From: Balanoglossus misakiensis
Taxonomy: Eukaryota; Animalia; Hemichordata
Direction: 5' to 3'
NCBI GenBank assembly: GCA_040954595.2
Contig: CM082578.2
Coordinates: 13,670,304 to 13,734,303, forward strand
Length of the DNA: 64,000 nt
Positions 21,354-33,778 of this stretch are shown here, one piece after another. The notes beneath the pieces were generated by a model, which was not told where the DNA came from, did not search any database, and saw nothing but the letters and a program-made list of their open reading frames with translations. The position numbers and the translations under genes were made by a program. How positions within the stretch are numbered: the stretch's first letter is position 1; each line of letters starts with the position of its first letter.

Positions 21354-23122
21354 CGCTATGAACTTCTGCCAGAGTCGCTCGGCTCATATATCAGATCTCG
21401 CCCTTCAGTCTCCTTTAAGTTCACCAGACGTTGTAACCAGACTGACTCAGACCAAATATGTTTCCTCCGCGGTTCACCCAAGAGTCAAACACAGACCAGA
21501 CAGCCTGCAAACGAAAGTAAGCGATATCTGGGAATGATTTACCGGCACCCCTGCACTTCGGACGACGGCTCAGTGGGTTGTGGCCAGGGCGAAATTACGA
21601 TGCGACGGCCGGCGATGTCTTGACAATATTTGCATAAGATGGAAATCACATGTAAATCTCAAAATGTATTAATCATTAAACTGCCGAGATGTGGTTCTTA
21701 TCGTCTCAAGGTTCGGAGATGCTTGCTGATGGCAGAATCGTGTGTGCTTCAGATGTAAGGTACCGGACGAGGTTGGCGAACTGCTCATAATCCCCGCCCG
21801 GTGGATGCCACGTGACGTCAATCTTACCTTTCATATTCCTGCGACGTTCATTTGCATAACAACTTCAACACCTGGCATTGGTTCTGTGAGCGACCGGCCA
21901 TCCCTGCAGTTCTCATGGCAGCTTGGCATTCATTAACTCCAACGTTCCTTGCACTTTGCAGCACTTGAAGTTTGGGAAACTCCTTCTGGCTGTGACGTGG
22001 GCTGTAATGTTGCAGACGTGGAACATTTGCCCCCGAGACTCCGAAGAATGCCGACAACTGCCCGATGTGACGCCAATCAATCATTCGCAACTTTGCGAAG
22101 ACGGTGTCAATAAATATTCACTCACCAACTCGTAGTCAGCTATGGGTCAATGTTAAGATAGAAAGCGCCTAGACACATATGGGATGTCGCTTATTCTTAG
22201 TTATTTAACAAAATTGCCGTCTTTGATTTGGCGGGACAGTGACATAGTTTAATATAGACAGTAATACGATGCAAGTTATGGCTTCCATTGACAGAAGTAA
22301 CTTAATACAGTTGCAAAATAAACATGTTCTTGTAAACCATGTGTGCCACCGACAGGATTCGCCTTGAACGGCTGCATGGTTGCGGTGACCTCGCAGGGAA
22401 TTTATCTCCGAGATTGTGCTTAGGTGCTATACTCTTGAGACCTACAACATACGAGTTAGGCGGGGGAAGTTAATAAGGGATCCCACAATAACAGACAACA
22501 TCTCAATGCTTCAATTTATACCAAACTTTTCACTGAATTTTCCATCTGTAGCATCGTATCCCACCAGAAAGCATTGTGACAGTTCACATTTTTTCTCGCT
22601 CAGTTTGACCACAGAAAATATTTTCTCTTTGTCTGTGGTTTGACCCACCAATTATAGTTTGAGCGCACATCGCGAAGTACCACCATCGTTTGTAAATCTT
22701 ATAGCATTATATAAAATATTTATGCGGTTTATCACCTAGGCGTTACATGTTTGCCCAGGGTGGCCAAATTTATGACGCATTGTTGGTACGTCAAGATATG
22801 ACTATGCAGATGAAAAAAAAAACTGATGAATTCCCGCGTTCTCAGATGTTAGTCACACGCAGGTAAACATCATACTTGAGTGTCGAGTCGGCGTACGCCG
22901 CGGTTCTGGTAGAAGCGTGAGTGACTGTCGTTAAATCGGTCGCATAACCGATCAATCACAGACGGAAGCGTGAAGGTAATCATAGTTTAGGTGTTTACTC
23001 ATAAGAGCTGAAACACGAATATTTCTTCAGTGTTACCCTTGGTAGTGATGATATTCAACGGCTAGCAACGTGTTCCAGATCATGTTAGAAAGTCAATTTA
23101 TAAATGATGATGCTGACCCTCA

Positions 23123-23251
<129 letters not shown>

Positions 23252-25101
23252 GGCAACGTCCTGATGGGCCACAATTTTAGTCAGCTTGTATGATAAGACA
23301 TGAAAAATGAAAAAACACCAAAATTCGCAAAGTCGGGATTTTGTCATTGACAATTATAACCCATGAAAAATGTCCAAAAATGACAAATTACCAAAGTTTG
23401 CAAATTTATAGGATATATTCGTGGAAGAATTCACAAGGTGCCTTCTGCCAACTTCGTTCTCCAATGATTAACTTTACCACGTGACCTAAATGTCGACGAT
23501 TTTCAACCCAGTGTCTACTATTGACCAGATTATAACTGATACATGGAATGGTCACTAGATATTCTTTTCGTGTCTTAAGTGCGATTTATTATTAATCTCT
23601 CCGCCCCTGATAATTTTTCCTTCACCCTGACACCCTTTGGAGACTTTTAAATGGACATCTCTAACCAGATCAGATTGCAAGATTAATTGCGTAAGTGAAC
23701 AGGTTCCGAGTACGGCAGAATCGTGTCCATGAAATTGACGCAGAAATAAAACAGAGGAAAGTCGAACAGAGAACAGAAAAGGGAAATGTTGACTTGAAAT
23801 AAGTATATTGTTTTATCATCGATGGAAATTCATTGATGGTTTGTTGCCACTCTTTAGAATATGCATTTATCAACCCATGAAACTCATTTCAGAATCTGTG
23901 GCTGATTAAAATCTTATGCACTTAAATACTACATGGGTAAACACAGGCACTCGTGACCTGTGTGTCCAACGTGGTATACAACTGACACAGGTGTATGAGG
24001 TAATAGTACAGAACGAATTAGCAGAATTTGTTATTTGCATAGCGGCAGTCTTGATGATTCTTGAGAGTAGATATTTGCACGACGCCCGTTGAGCGGTGTG
24101 CCTTCCTGAATGGGCGTTCAAGTTGGATTCAAGCGGGAAAAGTTTTCACTGAGAAATATGGGTTTACATTAATTATGGTTATCATCATTATTGTGTACAA
24201 ATCTCTCTCTGTGAGAAAACATTCATCATTTAAGACTCGTGGAGTACTGTCTGATCAGTTTTCTCAATTTCTACTTTGTGTTTGTTGGGTGAAGATGGGA
24301 CCGGTGTTGTGTGCTTGTCCAAATCTTTGCATTAATTATTACATTCCAAACTGTAGCGGCGCTCTCAAAGTCGTCTGTGCCCACTGACATCGCGATCACG
24401 CCACCGCCATGTTTTGGTTGGGGGAGCCAGCTGAGTTATTTGGAAGCGAGTTTGGAATGTCAATCTACATATTACTACTATTTATATGATGTCATCAAAT
24501 GGGAATACACAACATATGATCAGTACAGTATTTTCCCACAACAAAACATTTTATTGCATGATCACCAAATAAACGCAGATTGACACATTTCATTTTAATC
24601 TGAAAACGCCATCCACAGTGGTAAAGACAGGTATATTAAAAACGATCCTCCGAATGGTATATAGTTTTGAAATAATGATAGATAATAAAGTACATGTACC
24701 GAAAAAAAATTATGTTGGAATGCTCATATAGCACACAGTAAAAAATTATGCCAAATGATTCCGTTCTCGCCCAAGAGATTGTACTTAACTGTGTTTAATC
24801 GTTTGGTGCGTAACTCGGATAAATGATTAAAATGTCATAGAATCAGTTTTTATATTATCGGATACATCAATGATCTGTAAAATACAAATGGTGTCACCAA
24901 TTTTCACACCAGATTCAGAAGTAAAGCCATGTGAGCTGCAACTGGATAAAAAATAAGATTTGAATAATCTCGGATATGCTTTTAATTCCGTCTATTATAA
25001 GTTTCCTCTCACACCCCCCCCCCCCCAAATAACAACAACCCAAAAACAAAATGGCCGATGTGCATCATGACGGTTGTCTTTTTGCATGCAAAGGCCGTCA
25101 T

Positions 25102-27044
25102 CTAGGCATTGGTAACCGCTGTTACTGTTATACCTTCTGTGACATTTGTCAGCCTCTTTGTGGCGGTCACCATGGTCACCAACATCGGGGAAGAATCCAG
25201 CTGCGGTGATATTAGTTCAGGTGCTGCGGTCGTCAAATTATCGGCTGCATTCTGGAAGATATCCAGCCCTGATGTTGCGAAGAAGGTGTCGTTGTCTGCT
25301 AAATCTAGAGAAATGGTCGAGTTTGCGCATGACGAATCGCCATCAGCCCAGAACGCGACGTATTGGATGCCAAGATTTACCGCCAAGATGCCGGTCACGA
25401 TTGCTAATATGAACGCCATCTTGCCAGCCATTTTGTGCGGTTGAATCTCTGCGACAAAAGCGGAAAACCTGTCCCAGAAGGGTGATCGTTTGACCGTGCT
25501 GGCGATCTTCACGAAAGAACTGAACTTCCGCCAGATGTATTCAATATGGAACCCGCCAACTGCAACCGCAGGTAGAACCACGAACATGGAGATCTCCAAC
25601 CAAATAACAGTGGCCAGGAGCAGAGCTTCGGCCTTCAAGCGATCTTCTTCCTCTAGGCTGTAATTCCAGTAAACCTGAATGACGAATTTCAAGACAGCAA
25701 GCGACATCTGGGAAACCATCCACCGACAGACGATGAGCTGCAGAGCGGAGAAGTTTCGAAAGCAGACTAAAGTTTTCTTGAAGCATACCTCAATATTGTC
25801 GGTGTTACTGTTGACATACGATGTCAACAGACAGACTTCTCGTTCGATGGCTTTCCGAAGAAGGAACAAAACGTAACAGAACGAGCTAAATGTGAAGTAG
25901 GCTAAAATGCCTCCCAGGGGTCCGAACACGTCTTTCACTGACGCCCTCGGTTTACTTTCGCACGGTGAGCTAGGTTCCTGTACGTAATCGTAAAGATTGG
26001 AAATAATTCTGGCCAGTGTGCAAAGAATTGGAAAGAGGAAGAAGATGAGGGTTTGCTTGGCGGGTCTTCTCAAATCGGCATACTGCAAGCGACCCAGAAT
26101 GAAAGCTTCTGTCAGAGCCTTGATCCTGCCCAGACCAGGAAGTGAGAGCACGCGCAGTAGAAGAGCTACAATAAGTATTATTGTGTAGAGACCATAAGAC
26201 ACCAAATGGAGCGCCTTCTCTTTCTTGCCGTAGCGTAACACAAGGTGGCGGACAAGGTTGTAGACCATCAGGAGGAATACAAACAGAATCCAAACCCACG
26301 ACAAACAGTCCTTGATGCGCGCGCATCTGCTTTTTACGTCACCTGTATCAGAAGAACACAAAAAACCGTTATCAATTATGTTTTACAGTAAACTTATTTA
26401 CGGATACAAACGTTATTACTGGTGATTTTTTCAAATACTAATCTTCACTTCATAAAGGCCAACGTCTTCATATTCCTGATGCCAGTAAAATATCATCGAC
26501 GATTTTGTAGATTTGGTTACACTTTGAAATGACTAGTTGATATGCCTCAATTTACAATGTACATGTATTCAAATGTGAATGACAGCTGTAAATCAACGAA
26601 CGCAGAATACTTTATTATACGTCACTCACCTTGACATTGTCCAGGCCTCGTTAGCGTCGATGCCGAGTCTTGAACTTCGCATTCGTAGCAGTGCGTTTCC
26701 CTGAAGTGGCAGTGGTTGGAGGAAGGGAGAGGGGAGAGGGCGATGGTCGAAGAGTGTCGGCTCTCAACAATCTGGTCGTCTTGCCGTGGTGTCTCTTCTC
26801 TCTGTGGTTCATCCAGTCCCAGCAAAATCTCGGCAGCTGTGGCGTTGGAGAATTGCTTTGCTTCGTTGCGAATAGACCAACATCGGCTGCACAGTTCTCG
26901 CCTTCGAATTTGGAAGATGTTGAAGTAACCGATCAGGTATAAAGCCGCTCGGATCAGTACCGGTATGTTGGTGCTTTCTACCACGTGGTTATTGGCATCT
27001 CTTGGCTCGATAGTCACTTCTGTATGGTTTACACGGTACTCCAT
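25102..27044 (-). CDS. Uncharacterised multi-pass membrane protein (about 551 aa; exons 27044-26630 and 26342-25102), candidate gustatory-receptor-like/7TMIC
   Basis: Donor CAAG|gtgagt at 26630 and acceptor cag|GT at 26342 join the 140-aa and 419-aa ORFs in frame (1656 nt). Seven hydrophobic segments in exon 2, a short hydrophobic helix in exon 1, and a Ser/Thr-rich C-tail with N-glycosylation sequons. The family assignment is inference. Confidence 0.75.
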
Positions 27045-28347
27045 TCTCTGCAGTTAATCTTCGTCTACGATGTGTATTTCCGAATCAAACACAGTGAATT
27101 GCCTCGGCAAATGGCTTCTTGAAAGTTTCCAGAAAGAGACGTTTCTGCGCAGTAAATACGAGGGAATTGGGATTATTCTACTACTGTTATATATTATTAT
27201 CTTTGCAAGAAAACAAGGTCATTGGAATGAATGAACACCAACGACCTCACATCACCAACACTTTCCGAATCACCGAATTTGTCATCGGGTAAGGAAACTT
27301 ACTTACCAACTGACAACTTTGGTAACCAGGCTTTTCTCTGGTGCATCGGCTTTACTTCATGGGAAGAGAACGCCAACGTGAGTTCTGTCCGCGATCCGAC
27401 AGTTTCATAAATTGGCAAGCGCGACTCTCACAGAGCGGAAGTTCATATCAGAGTCATTGTAGAATTACCAGGTGTTTTTTTTCCGCCTGCACGACTGCTG
27501 CGACGAAAACTTCTCCTTTTCTTTTGTTTCACCACGGTATTACGAGCAGAAGAGAGCGTGTACTTTCTCTATTTTGTGAATTGCCCTTTGAAATATTTCC
27601 TGCTTCTCTCTGCTCTCTCTAGACTGAAAGATTGAGTCGTGCATGTACGGGCGCTCCGGCACATTGCCTATATCCCTGTCAATGCGGAACTGCCTATTCA
27701 TTGCACGTAATTTCTTTAGTATTTTACGAACAGCATGAGTATCACATGTGCAGAAATTATACCTGGTATGGACGTTGTCACGCAGTAAACAAATGGGGCG
27801 CGTGTAATACAAGCCTTGCTTCAACTTGAAGTGGTTGTGTATTGCCAATTTTACCAGACGGAGACCCTGTCGATCCGACATTATTTCTATCTTACATTGC
27901 GGCTGTTGTCTGAAGCACAGTCCCTCAAGAAAGGGAAGAGAACTCCAAGAAAGGGACTGTGTCTGAAGAAAACGGGATGACGGTGAAGACGCATTCATTT
28001 AACTTATTAATTTTTTATTCATTTACAGTCAAACGATTTAATAATCACATACAGACACTAATAATATTCAATAATTGATATTTAAATAACAACAGCATTG
28101 TGTAAAGCACTTTACCAATTTACCAAAATTGGCATATGTCAAAGAAAATGGCATAAGGAAAATACAGGTGCACACTTGTCGTTGAAAAGGGCCCCTGGAT
28201 TAAGCCGAGCATGTACCACTACATGTATTTGCTTTTGGTAAGAAAAAATATAACAATTCACACGAAGAGTCCATGTTTAGTACATCCGTGCATTTGGCCA
28301 AGATTTTTCAAAAATCTATGTAAGTGAAAATCTGTAAATGATAATTA

Positions 28348-29721
28348 TCAATAAGAATTCTGCAGTGTCTGTACCGAAAGTGTCGTCATAGGCACATAGC
28401 CGTCTTCGAGACCAAGATCACTACCTGGGTTGTGATACATCGCTTCGTATGGATACGGATATGGCCTGTAATAGTCTTGGGAATACATTGAGTTGGAGTT
28501 TGAATAGCAAACGTCACTTGTGTCTTGCGAGGTAAACTTTACCAAGCCGTCTTCTTTGTCGTTTCTGCCGACTCCGCTCGTTTGGTTGGGCGGCGTCGCC
28601 CTCTTCCTCGGACTCAGCTTCTTCTTGGCGGGAAACTGTCGCTTCTTAGGAATGCTTAGGTCTAGTGGCTTTTCGGGAGACCGGGGAATCGGTTTCTCGG
28701 TCGCCATAGAAACTGGAGAATGTTGGTGAGCTTGCACGTCGGGATAATAGTGGTAGACGTAAGCTGGGTGATAGTAAGGGAAATGCTGATAGTAGCCGTT
28801 GACACCTGTTTGCGTCGGCGGTGAAACTTGCCCGTCGGCGTCGGTGTGCGACTTGACACCACTCTCACTAATCGGCGACGGAGATCGCCGGAGGATGTTC
28901 TCAATGTTGAACGACGATGAGAATTTTGCTTTCTTTTGTCGGGTGCCGGCGATGGTGTTTTCATCAGACTTGCGCTTTCGGTTGACGCTATCTCGGCGGA
29001 GCTTCGCACGCCGGTTTTGAAACCATCGCTGAAAATCAAACCAAGAAAAATATTTTACTACGGTCAAGTGGTTACAAAGCACCTAGGACATGTCAGCAAC
29101 TGCTGTTACCATACAGGTTTACTCTTATAATGTAACCAAAGACAAGGGAGAAAAAACCCGACCCAGATGCGTATTTAGCTGAAACGATACTAAATAGATC
29201 TGTAGGTCTATTACTCACCGTAGTCGCGTTGAAATCTAATTTCAGGGCTTCGGCGATCGCCTGCCTCTGAACTGGATCGGGATACTGTTCTTTTTCGAAT
29301 TCTTTCAAAAGGCCCATCAGTTGGTAACCGCCGATTGGGGTTCTTTTGCGCGGCATGCTTTTAGAGTGGTCTAAAAGATATCATGGAATGGGAAAGGTTA
29401 AATAAAAAAGCATAGTCCATAAATTATATAAAAACGAGACACGACTATGCCCCCCTCCCCCCTGGGCAATACCGTCACGTTTAGCTCTATTATCTTCTGG
29501 CGGACATTTCCTATGTTTGTGATATGTATAGATTAAAACCTCGTTTTACCTGAGAGTAGATCGTCATCTCTACAGCAATTGTTTGACTCGCTTCCAATAT
29601 CGGTGTATCTTGGAGACGTGGCTTCTGACGATGCCACAGAACTTGGTGTGGAACTACAACTTGAATATGATGACGATGCCGTGGAAAGCGCTGGCGATGT
29701 TGACTGAGACGTGTACGGCAT
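28348..29721 (-). CDS. PRD-class (Q50) homeobox gene A, divergent (exons 29721-29550, 29370-29219, 29028-28348; about 334 aa)
   Basis: Spliced homeodomain MPRKRTPIGGYQLMGLLKEFEKEQYPDPVQRQAIAEALKLDFNATT|RWFQNRRAKLRR with a phase-0 intron between residues 46 and 47. Downstream eh1-like FNIENIL and CtBP motif PLDLS. Minus-strand AATAAA at about 28014-28019. Confidence 0.88.
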
Positions 29722-30512
29722 GGCGACCAAGCAGCGGACGGAGAGTGAAGTTTTGAGACGTTACTCGCACCACGGACAAGACACAAGTAATGGTGTGTGA
29801 CAAAAATCAGCCCTTTTGATTGCACGCTTCAAGGTTTGGTCGCCGAGGTGTTAAACGGTGATAATTTATTCGTCTATTCGTGTGTTTGCAGATCGTTGTC
29901 CTGCGTCTTGTTGTTGTCACATGAGGTGCTATACTGAAGGCCGGGACTGAAGGCAAGAGGCTGGGTGATAGTGATAGGTAGACGTGAAAAGGGAACTGTT
30001 TTTGCCCAATTTGTACAGTTCTATACGTATAATTGTTCAAGTCAAGTCTATAATATTTCAACGTGACTCCGCATTACGGAGAGAGAGAGATGACCAGAAA
30101 TGAGAAAATTGGGGCACCTCCGCATTGCGAATTTTTTAAAAGAAAAATGAGAAAACAGCGACTATAGGAATGGTGCAACATATTTTCACCCATATGCGCA
30201 ATGATTTAGTCTTGCGTGGTGCTTGTGTGTTGCGTTGTTTCGTATAAATCAATGTATGATTATTCGCGTTCGAAGAGCCTACCACTAGGGAAACTACATT
30301 GGACTATGCCCCTTTTCTGTTGTAAGGTAGTGTATGGCTTCTTCTGGTCACGATAGGAATTTACATACAACTAACGTGATTCTTTTACAGGTGCTTGATT
30401 TCCTGTCCTTTCCCAGCCACGTGTTCTAGTTTATCCTGTTTGGAAAGACCTTTGTTTTCACATTATAAACGTCGGCTACCGCTTTGTCAAAACCCAATCG
30501 TTTATTGTGATA

Positions 30513-30696
30513 AGGGCAACTTAGCAATCCAAAAGGTGCTTCTTGACACTTCTCACAATAAGAGTTTCACACATGTTTGTTACAGAAGAGTCATGTGGTA
30601 TTTCTGACGCTGATACTCAACGCCTAATTTATATCATAGGCTCTGGAGAAATTATCTCCAGGGCAACTTAGCAATCCGAAAGGTGCTTCTTGACAC
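30513..30696. repeat. 37-bp direct repeat pair (30513-30549 and 30660-30696) between homeobox genes B and A
   Basis: agggcaacttagcaatcc(a/g)aaaggtgcttcttgacac occurs twice with one mismatch. Confidence 0.85.
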
Positions 30697-31038
30697 CGAT
30701 TGGTTGGTCTATCACAACCCTCGATCGAGTGTCTTTGGTTTGTTAGGGTGAAGGAATAGGCACCCGCCGTTAGGGTAATGTCTGTTTTTTCACCATTTGA
30801 TCATTTGACGGCTGCACACACTCATACATCAGCCGCATTGAAATACCTCTTTGCTCAATAAATAACTTGGACATGGACATGACCCAACACGTAATTTCTT
30901 GTAAAATCACAACATTTATTTAATATTGTTAAATACTATAAACATCAATCATACAAAGTGTAGTAAGAAACTGAACAATAAATGAAATGCAAAATTTACA
31001 ATGTGTAAAAAGAGACAACGTCGGAATTGCTCAAAGCA

Positions 31039-32321
31039 TCAAAAACTCTGGAAGCAATATGGAAACTCGGCACTGTAAGCTGAAGGCGGCAAATATCCCC
31101 AACAATTCGGAAAACTCGGTGCGGCGTAATATAACGCAGATCTGTAGTAGACATGCGGGGACGGTGTGCGAGTCTGGAAGTCGGGGGAAGACGACTCGGT
31201 ACGGCGTGGGCTGGTTGGGTGATCAGCATACGGTTGGAATCGACTGTATTTTCGTGGGAGTGACAAATTGACGCTGGTGCCGCAACTTGAAGTCGGAGAT
31301 AACTTGCCAACGTCGCCATAGACAGCCTTCGGTTTGTGTACGTGGTGCGGGCGGACGGAACAGATCGGCCGAACGCCAACCGTGGTGAAAGTCACTGGTG
31401 TGTCACAGGCGACCGATGATCTACTGGTGAGAAGGCAGGCCCGATCGAGCAGGGGAGAGTTCATACTGAAGACAGCAGAAGGGGGAGTCGGGTCTCGGTT
31501 TGCCGCGACAGGGGGAGAGATGGGCTCAAAAAAGCAATCGTGCGAACTGAGCTCGGCAGGGTCTGTAGAAACGGACAGGTCTTGCTTTGGTGTGATGCTC
31601 TCGTTGTTGCACGGCGACGATGACGGTGGTGAGGTCATCGGCGAAAGTTTGCGTTTCTTCTTGGGCGGGGCAGTGGACTCAGTCTGGTCACAGGTCTTCC
31701 TAATACGTGCTCGCTTATTCTGAAACCAGACCTGTAAAATACAATCAAAACCATGAGTTACATATACATGTGCAAAAATGCGTAGGAATATTTGGACTAC
31801 AACAGACTTTGCACACATGTATTTGCCGTGATCCATGTTTTGTGAAAACTCAAAGCGAAAACAGATCGTATATGCGCTTACCTGCACCCGTGCTTCAGTC
31901 AGACCCATCTTCTTTGCTAATCCCTCCCTTGCATTGATGTCAGGATATTGGTCGTCTTCGAACGCCGACTCCAAGGCAACAAGTTGATCTCCTGAGTACA
32001 TCGTGCGCCCTCTGCGGCGTCGATGTCTTGGTGGACCTGAAGCCAAAATACCTGCAAACACAAGATATTTATGTTATAACAGCCGCTTAACTAGTTTAAT
32101 GAAGCACTGTCGAAATTAAGCCCTTTTCGAGCGTCACACACCCTATTTTCCATTAGCAATATCATAGTAGTGCAACAAAATGCATTAGGGCCTATTAATA
32201 CCGCACCAGTGGTTCATTGCTACATCAAATTCAAAATGGTGATGCTCGTGAGGGGACGCTTACCTTTTTTGGTGGATGCTGCATTCGGGACACTCTCGTC
32301 GGTAGGGAATATCGATGCCAT
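31039..32321 (-). CDS. PRD-class (Q50) homeobox gene B (exons 32321-32264, 32051-31882, 31731-31039; about 306 aa)
   Basis: Homeodomain [46 protein letters not shown]|[12 protein letters not shown] with the 46/47 intron. SV40-type NLS PPKKKRK. Minus-strand AATAAA at about 30915-30920. Confidence 0.92.
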
Positions 32322-32409
32322 GTTGCTGAGTTGGTGACGGAGACGAAGTTTCAAGCCTTGCGAGTACTGTGAGCGCAGCGTTGCAATGATGCCAATCGCC
32401 TCAGATTCG

Positions 32410-32485
32410 GAATATTTATACCCTTCATATGTTTGTCTTTTCCGACTTTCTTTTGTCGGAAACTTTCCGTGGGCCATGATTGGTT
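32410..32485 (-). promoter_or_regulatory. Core promoter of homeobox gene B (TATA and CCAAT boxes)
   Basis: Minus strand reads gggTATAAATA at about 32412-32420 and CCAAT at about 32479-32483, roughly 90-160 nt upstream of the ATG. Confidence 0.55.
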
Positions 32486-32542
32486 CTGTAGCCTCTCAAG
32501 ACAAAAGACGGTGGACGAAGGAGACTGATGTGTTTATGGCCG

Positions 32543-33778
32543 GACTAACCCAATTAATTAACATAATGAGATTTGCATACTCATAGACACACTTATAGTT
32601 TTGTCAACTGTCGGCGGTACGCTAAGTGATACCTTTGTCGATTGACACCTTGGACAATTGTTTTGTCGTTTTTGAAGTTTACCGTAAATCCTGTTACCAG
32701 ACTGCGAAAAAAGGTGACGTCTCTAAACTTTGCCTGAGGAAACGCACCTGTTTCTGTATTAACAGGCTTCTCTGAATATTCCCTTTGGATGTCACTTCTG
32801 CCATTGAAGTGCCTTTGCGACCGGCATTCCATGTAAATAGCGTCCAATGATATAAAGTGATCATTGTACAATATACGTTTTATAAACTAACTGAGTGATA
32901 GACTAAGTGATAAGTCACCTTATCATTCCCCAGTATGCTAATAGCTGAGGCTACTTGCTATACTCCATTATCGTCAATTGACCGGTGTAGCTTCGTTTCG
33001 AATAGTTGCTTCGAAACATTTATTTCAGAAACGATACAAATAGAATTATTGGTGCCGGTTTCGTACAATACGTTGAATGTGGTGTGAAAGTCCCAGCGAT
33101 CACGTGGTCTCACAAAAGTGCCGTATGTCTGACAAATTATCCCCAGCAGAGGCGCTATGTGGAGATGCGAAACCATACTACCAACGCTTAACGTCTTTGA
33201 ACGCAGGGCTTGTGCCGATTTACGGAATCCTTTGATAGTCGGCTCTATACCACCTGTACCGTGACAAACCCGTCCTTAGGGCAAATAGGCGTTAATGACG
33301 AAGGCGGTATCTTCGCTACAGCTGTAATCTAGCCTCAAAGAAAATGTTTACTTTCAAGTTGTTCACACCTATCCTGTCTGCTTCCAACCCCTCCTTTTCT
33401 GTACCTTTTTTCTGGTATCAGTCACTGTCTAAATGAAATAACGACTTTGCAATACGTAGATTTTCATGGTTTATCAACTATTTGAATTAAACATTATAAA
33501 AATTTGATGTATGCGTGTATTTGAAAGTCGCATTTATATGATTGCACGTTCTGACTAACCCAATTAATTAACATAAAGAGATTTGCATACTCATGGGCAC
33601 ACTTATTTTTGTCAACTGTCGGCGGTGCGCTAAGGGACACATTTGTCGATTGACACCTTGGACAATTGTTTTGTCGTTTTTTGAAGTTTACCGTAAGTTC
33701 TGTTACCAGACTGCGAAAAAATGGACATCTCTAACTTTGGCTTTCTGAAACCGCACCTGTTTTGTGAATTAACAGGCT
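32543..33778. repeat. Duplicated 226-bp non-coding element (32543-32768 and 33553-33778) upstream of homeobox gene B
   Basis: Both copies begin gactaacccaattaattaacata(a)..gagatttgcatactcat and end gcacctgttt....attaacaggct. They are collinear with scattered substitutions and lie 1010 bp apart. Confidence 0.92.
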
